From a virus: DNA of 24,849 nucleotides. Each line of letters starts with the position of its first letter. Positions within the stretch are counted from its first letter, which is position 1. A program made the position numbers and the translations under genes. The stretch lies in the IMG/VR virus record IMGVR_UViG_3300035698_012504, positions 250,694-275,542 of that record; one strand, 5' to 3'. Positions 23,595-24,849 of this stretch are shown piece by piece. The notes under the pieces were generated by a model that saw only the letters and a list, made by a program, of their open reading frames with translations, was not told the origin of the DNA and did no database searches.

Positions 23595-24849
23595 TACGAT
23601 AACTCCCTAGTAGACCCATCTGTTGCAATAACCTGTTCTACCACAGTTGCGGAACCTGCGGAATCTTTGAAGTCGTATGTGTTTGAACTAGCTCCCGCAG
23701 TGACTTCAACAGAATTTACTATACAGGCCATAATTCTATTTAATGCTTCTTGTACATCAATGGTGCCTTCTACGACACCAGATAACACACCAGTTACTAT
23801 AGCATTCACAGTAGGTGCTGCTGTGGAGGTTGCCCAATCCCCTTGATTAGTCTGCAACTCATTTGTGTCTCCAAGGACTAGATCCACGTTCGCATCAATT
23901 ATATCCTGTTTGGATTCAGTAGCATGCCCAGTGACCGTGGCCCAGTTACCTTGATTAGCTTGAAGATTGGCGGTGTCTTCAAGAATACTATCTACCACTC
24001 CATCAACAGTAGTTAAGGCACCAGCTTGCGCAGCCGTCTTTGCAGCATCATAATCACTATGAAGTGTAGCACCTGTTCCATCAAATGTACTCAATCCAGC
24101 CTGAATTTCTACAACTGCATCCGCTTTAACTGCTGCTGCATCAACTGCATCAGTAACGAGATCCATAGCATCACCGGCTTTTGCTGGAGCATAATTTGGT
24201 TGAGATGTAGCAAGTGTAACATCACCAACTGATGCTGCTTGAGAAAGTTTTGCTACACTACCAGTTACTGGAGTAGTTTGTGTAGTATTCACTGTCACAA
24301 ATTTAGAAAGTATAGATGCATTAAGTGCTGCCCAAATATCAGCAATAAGAGTACCAAATGAAGATAATGTTCTCGTACCGTATGTCCAAATTCCTGCGGC
24401 AGATAGAGTAGAAGTCAACCAGTTTCCTTGATTAGTCTGTAGTTCGTTTGTATCAACTAATATAGTATCAACAATTCCATCAACAGTATCTAGTTTACCA
24501 TCATGTGTGGATAGTTCACCAGAAGTAGCAAACCCAGTAGCAGTTGCCCATGCGCCCTGATTAGTCTGCAACTCATTACTATCTCCAAGTACTAGATCTA
24601 CATTAGCATCTATAATATCTTGCTTAGTTTCTGTAGCAAGTCCGCTTTGAATCTCGGTAACAGCATCCGCTTTAACTGCTGCTGCATCAACTGCATCAGT
24701 AACGAGATCCATAGCATCACCGGCTTGCGCAGCAGTCTTAGCTGGATCATAATCGGAATGAAGTGTCAAACCTGTAACTGTATCACTATCTGGAGCCTGT
24801 TCAAGTGCATTTTCTGTGAATCGAGATACACCTCCATCATCTTCTACTA
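23594..24849 (-). CDS. Ala/Thr/Gly-rich fibre-like structural protein with internal sequence repeats; partial, as the gene continues past the right edge of the window
   Basis: The ORF track starts it at 24769 on a TTG, but the frame stays open to nt 24849 and reads on as '...VEDDGGVSRFTENALEQAPDSDTVTG' straight into 'TLHSDYD'. The protein repeats occur two to three times: 'LHSDYD.AKTAAQAG...', 'DAMDLVTDAVDAAAVKADAV.EIQ.GL' and 'KQDIIDANVDLVLGD.NELQTNQG.WAT'. Confidence 0.6.
   Translation of the reverse strand, partial: VEDDGGVSRFTENALEQAPDSDTVTGLTLHSDYDPAKTAAQAGDAMDLVTDAVDAAAVKADAVTEIQSGLATETKQDIIDANVDLVLGDSNELQTNQGAWATATGFATSGELSTHDGKLDTVDGIVDTILVDTNELQTNQGNWLTSTLSAAGIWTYGTRTLSSFGTLIADIWAALNASILSKFVTVNTTQTTPVTGSVAKLSQAASVGDVTLATSQPNYAPAKAGDAMDLVTDAVDAAAVKADAVVEIQAGLSTFDGTGATLHSDYDAAKTAAQAGALTTVDGVVDSILEDTANLQANQGNWATVTGHATESKQDIIDANVDLVLGDTNELQTNQGDWATSTAAPTVNAIVTGVLSGVVEGTIDVQEALNRIMACIVNSVEVTAGASSNTYDFKDSAGSATVVEQVIATDGSTRELS

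Noticed and set aside
6144-24849. A canonical T4 late promoter (TATAAATA) upstream of the capsid, portal or other late genes
   Set aside because: I did not find an exact TATAAATA in any of the short intergenic gaps I inspected on the minus strand. The recurring upstream motif is the unrelated TGAGGACAAATT, so I make no late-promoter call.

Overview
The window is an AT-rich stretch of a tailed-phage genome. It looks like a marine T4-like myovirus, though this is inferred from gene content and composition only. Every convincing gene is on the minus strand and most are tightly packed or overlap by a few bases.

Reading in the direction of transcription (high to low coordinates), the window contains:
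- a repeat-rich Ala/Thr/Gly fibre-like protein that runs off the window edge (23594..>24849);
- a protein with three InlB-B-repeat-like modules;
- a short promoter-bearing gap;
- a hyper-acidic protein;
- three small proteins;
- a T4 gp20-like portal interrupted by a 424-aa HNH-type intein;
- a Pro/Glu/Ala-rich protein;
- two tandemly duplicated Lys-rich proteins that resemble T4 internal proteins;
- a T4 gp21-like prohead protease;
- a free-standing HNH endonuclease with zinc-ribbon repeats;
- about 8 kb of probable virion, fibre or baseplate genes, including a paralogous pair with FGE/SUMF1-like motifs and a protein with the canonical tail-fibre N-terminus;
- a T4 gp23-like major capsid protein.

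Downstream of the capsid gene lies an accessory block:
- a UDP-sugar dehydrogenase of the WbpA/WecC type;
- a 455-bp non-coding region with four direct repeats and a GC-rich hairpin;
- a full-length Ro60/TROVE-vWA (Rsr) orthologue;
- an intrinsic terminator;
- a stand-alone CheY-like receiver;
- an FmdB zinc-ribbon protein;
- an RfaE-II/HldE-like nucleotidyltransferase;
- a fused RNase HI / DEDDh 3'-5' exonuclease;
- the probable start of one more minus-strand gene at the left edge.

The most noteworthy observation is the Ro60 orthologue sitting next to the repeat-structured non-coding locus, which may encode Y-RNA-like RNA. The other notable points are the portal intein and a 12-18 nt motif that recurs upstream of three genes.
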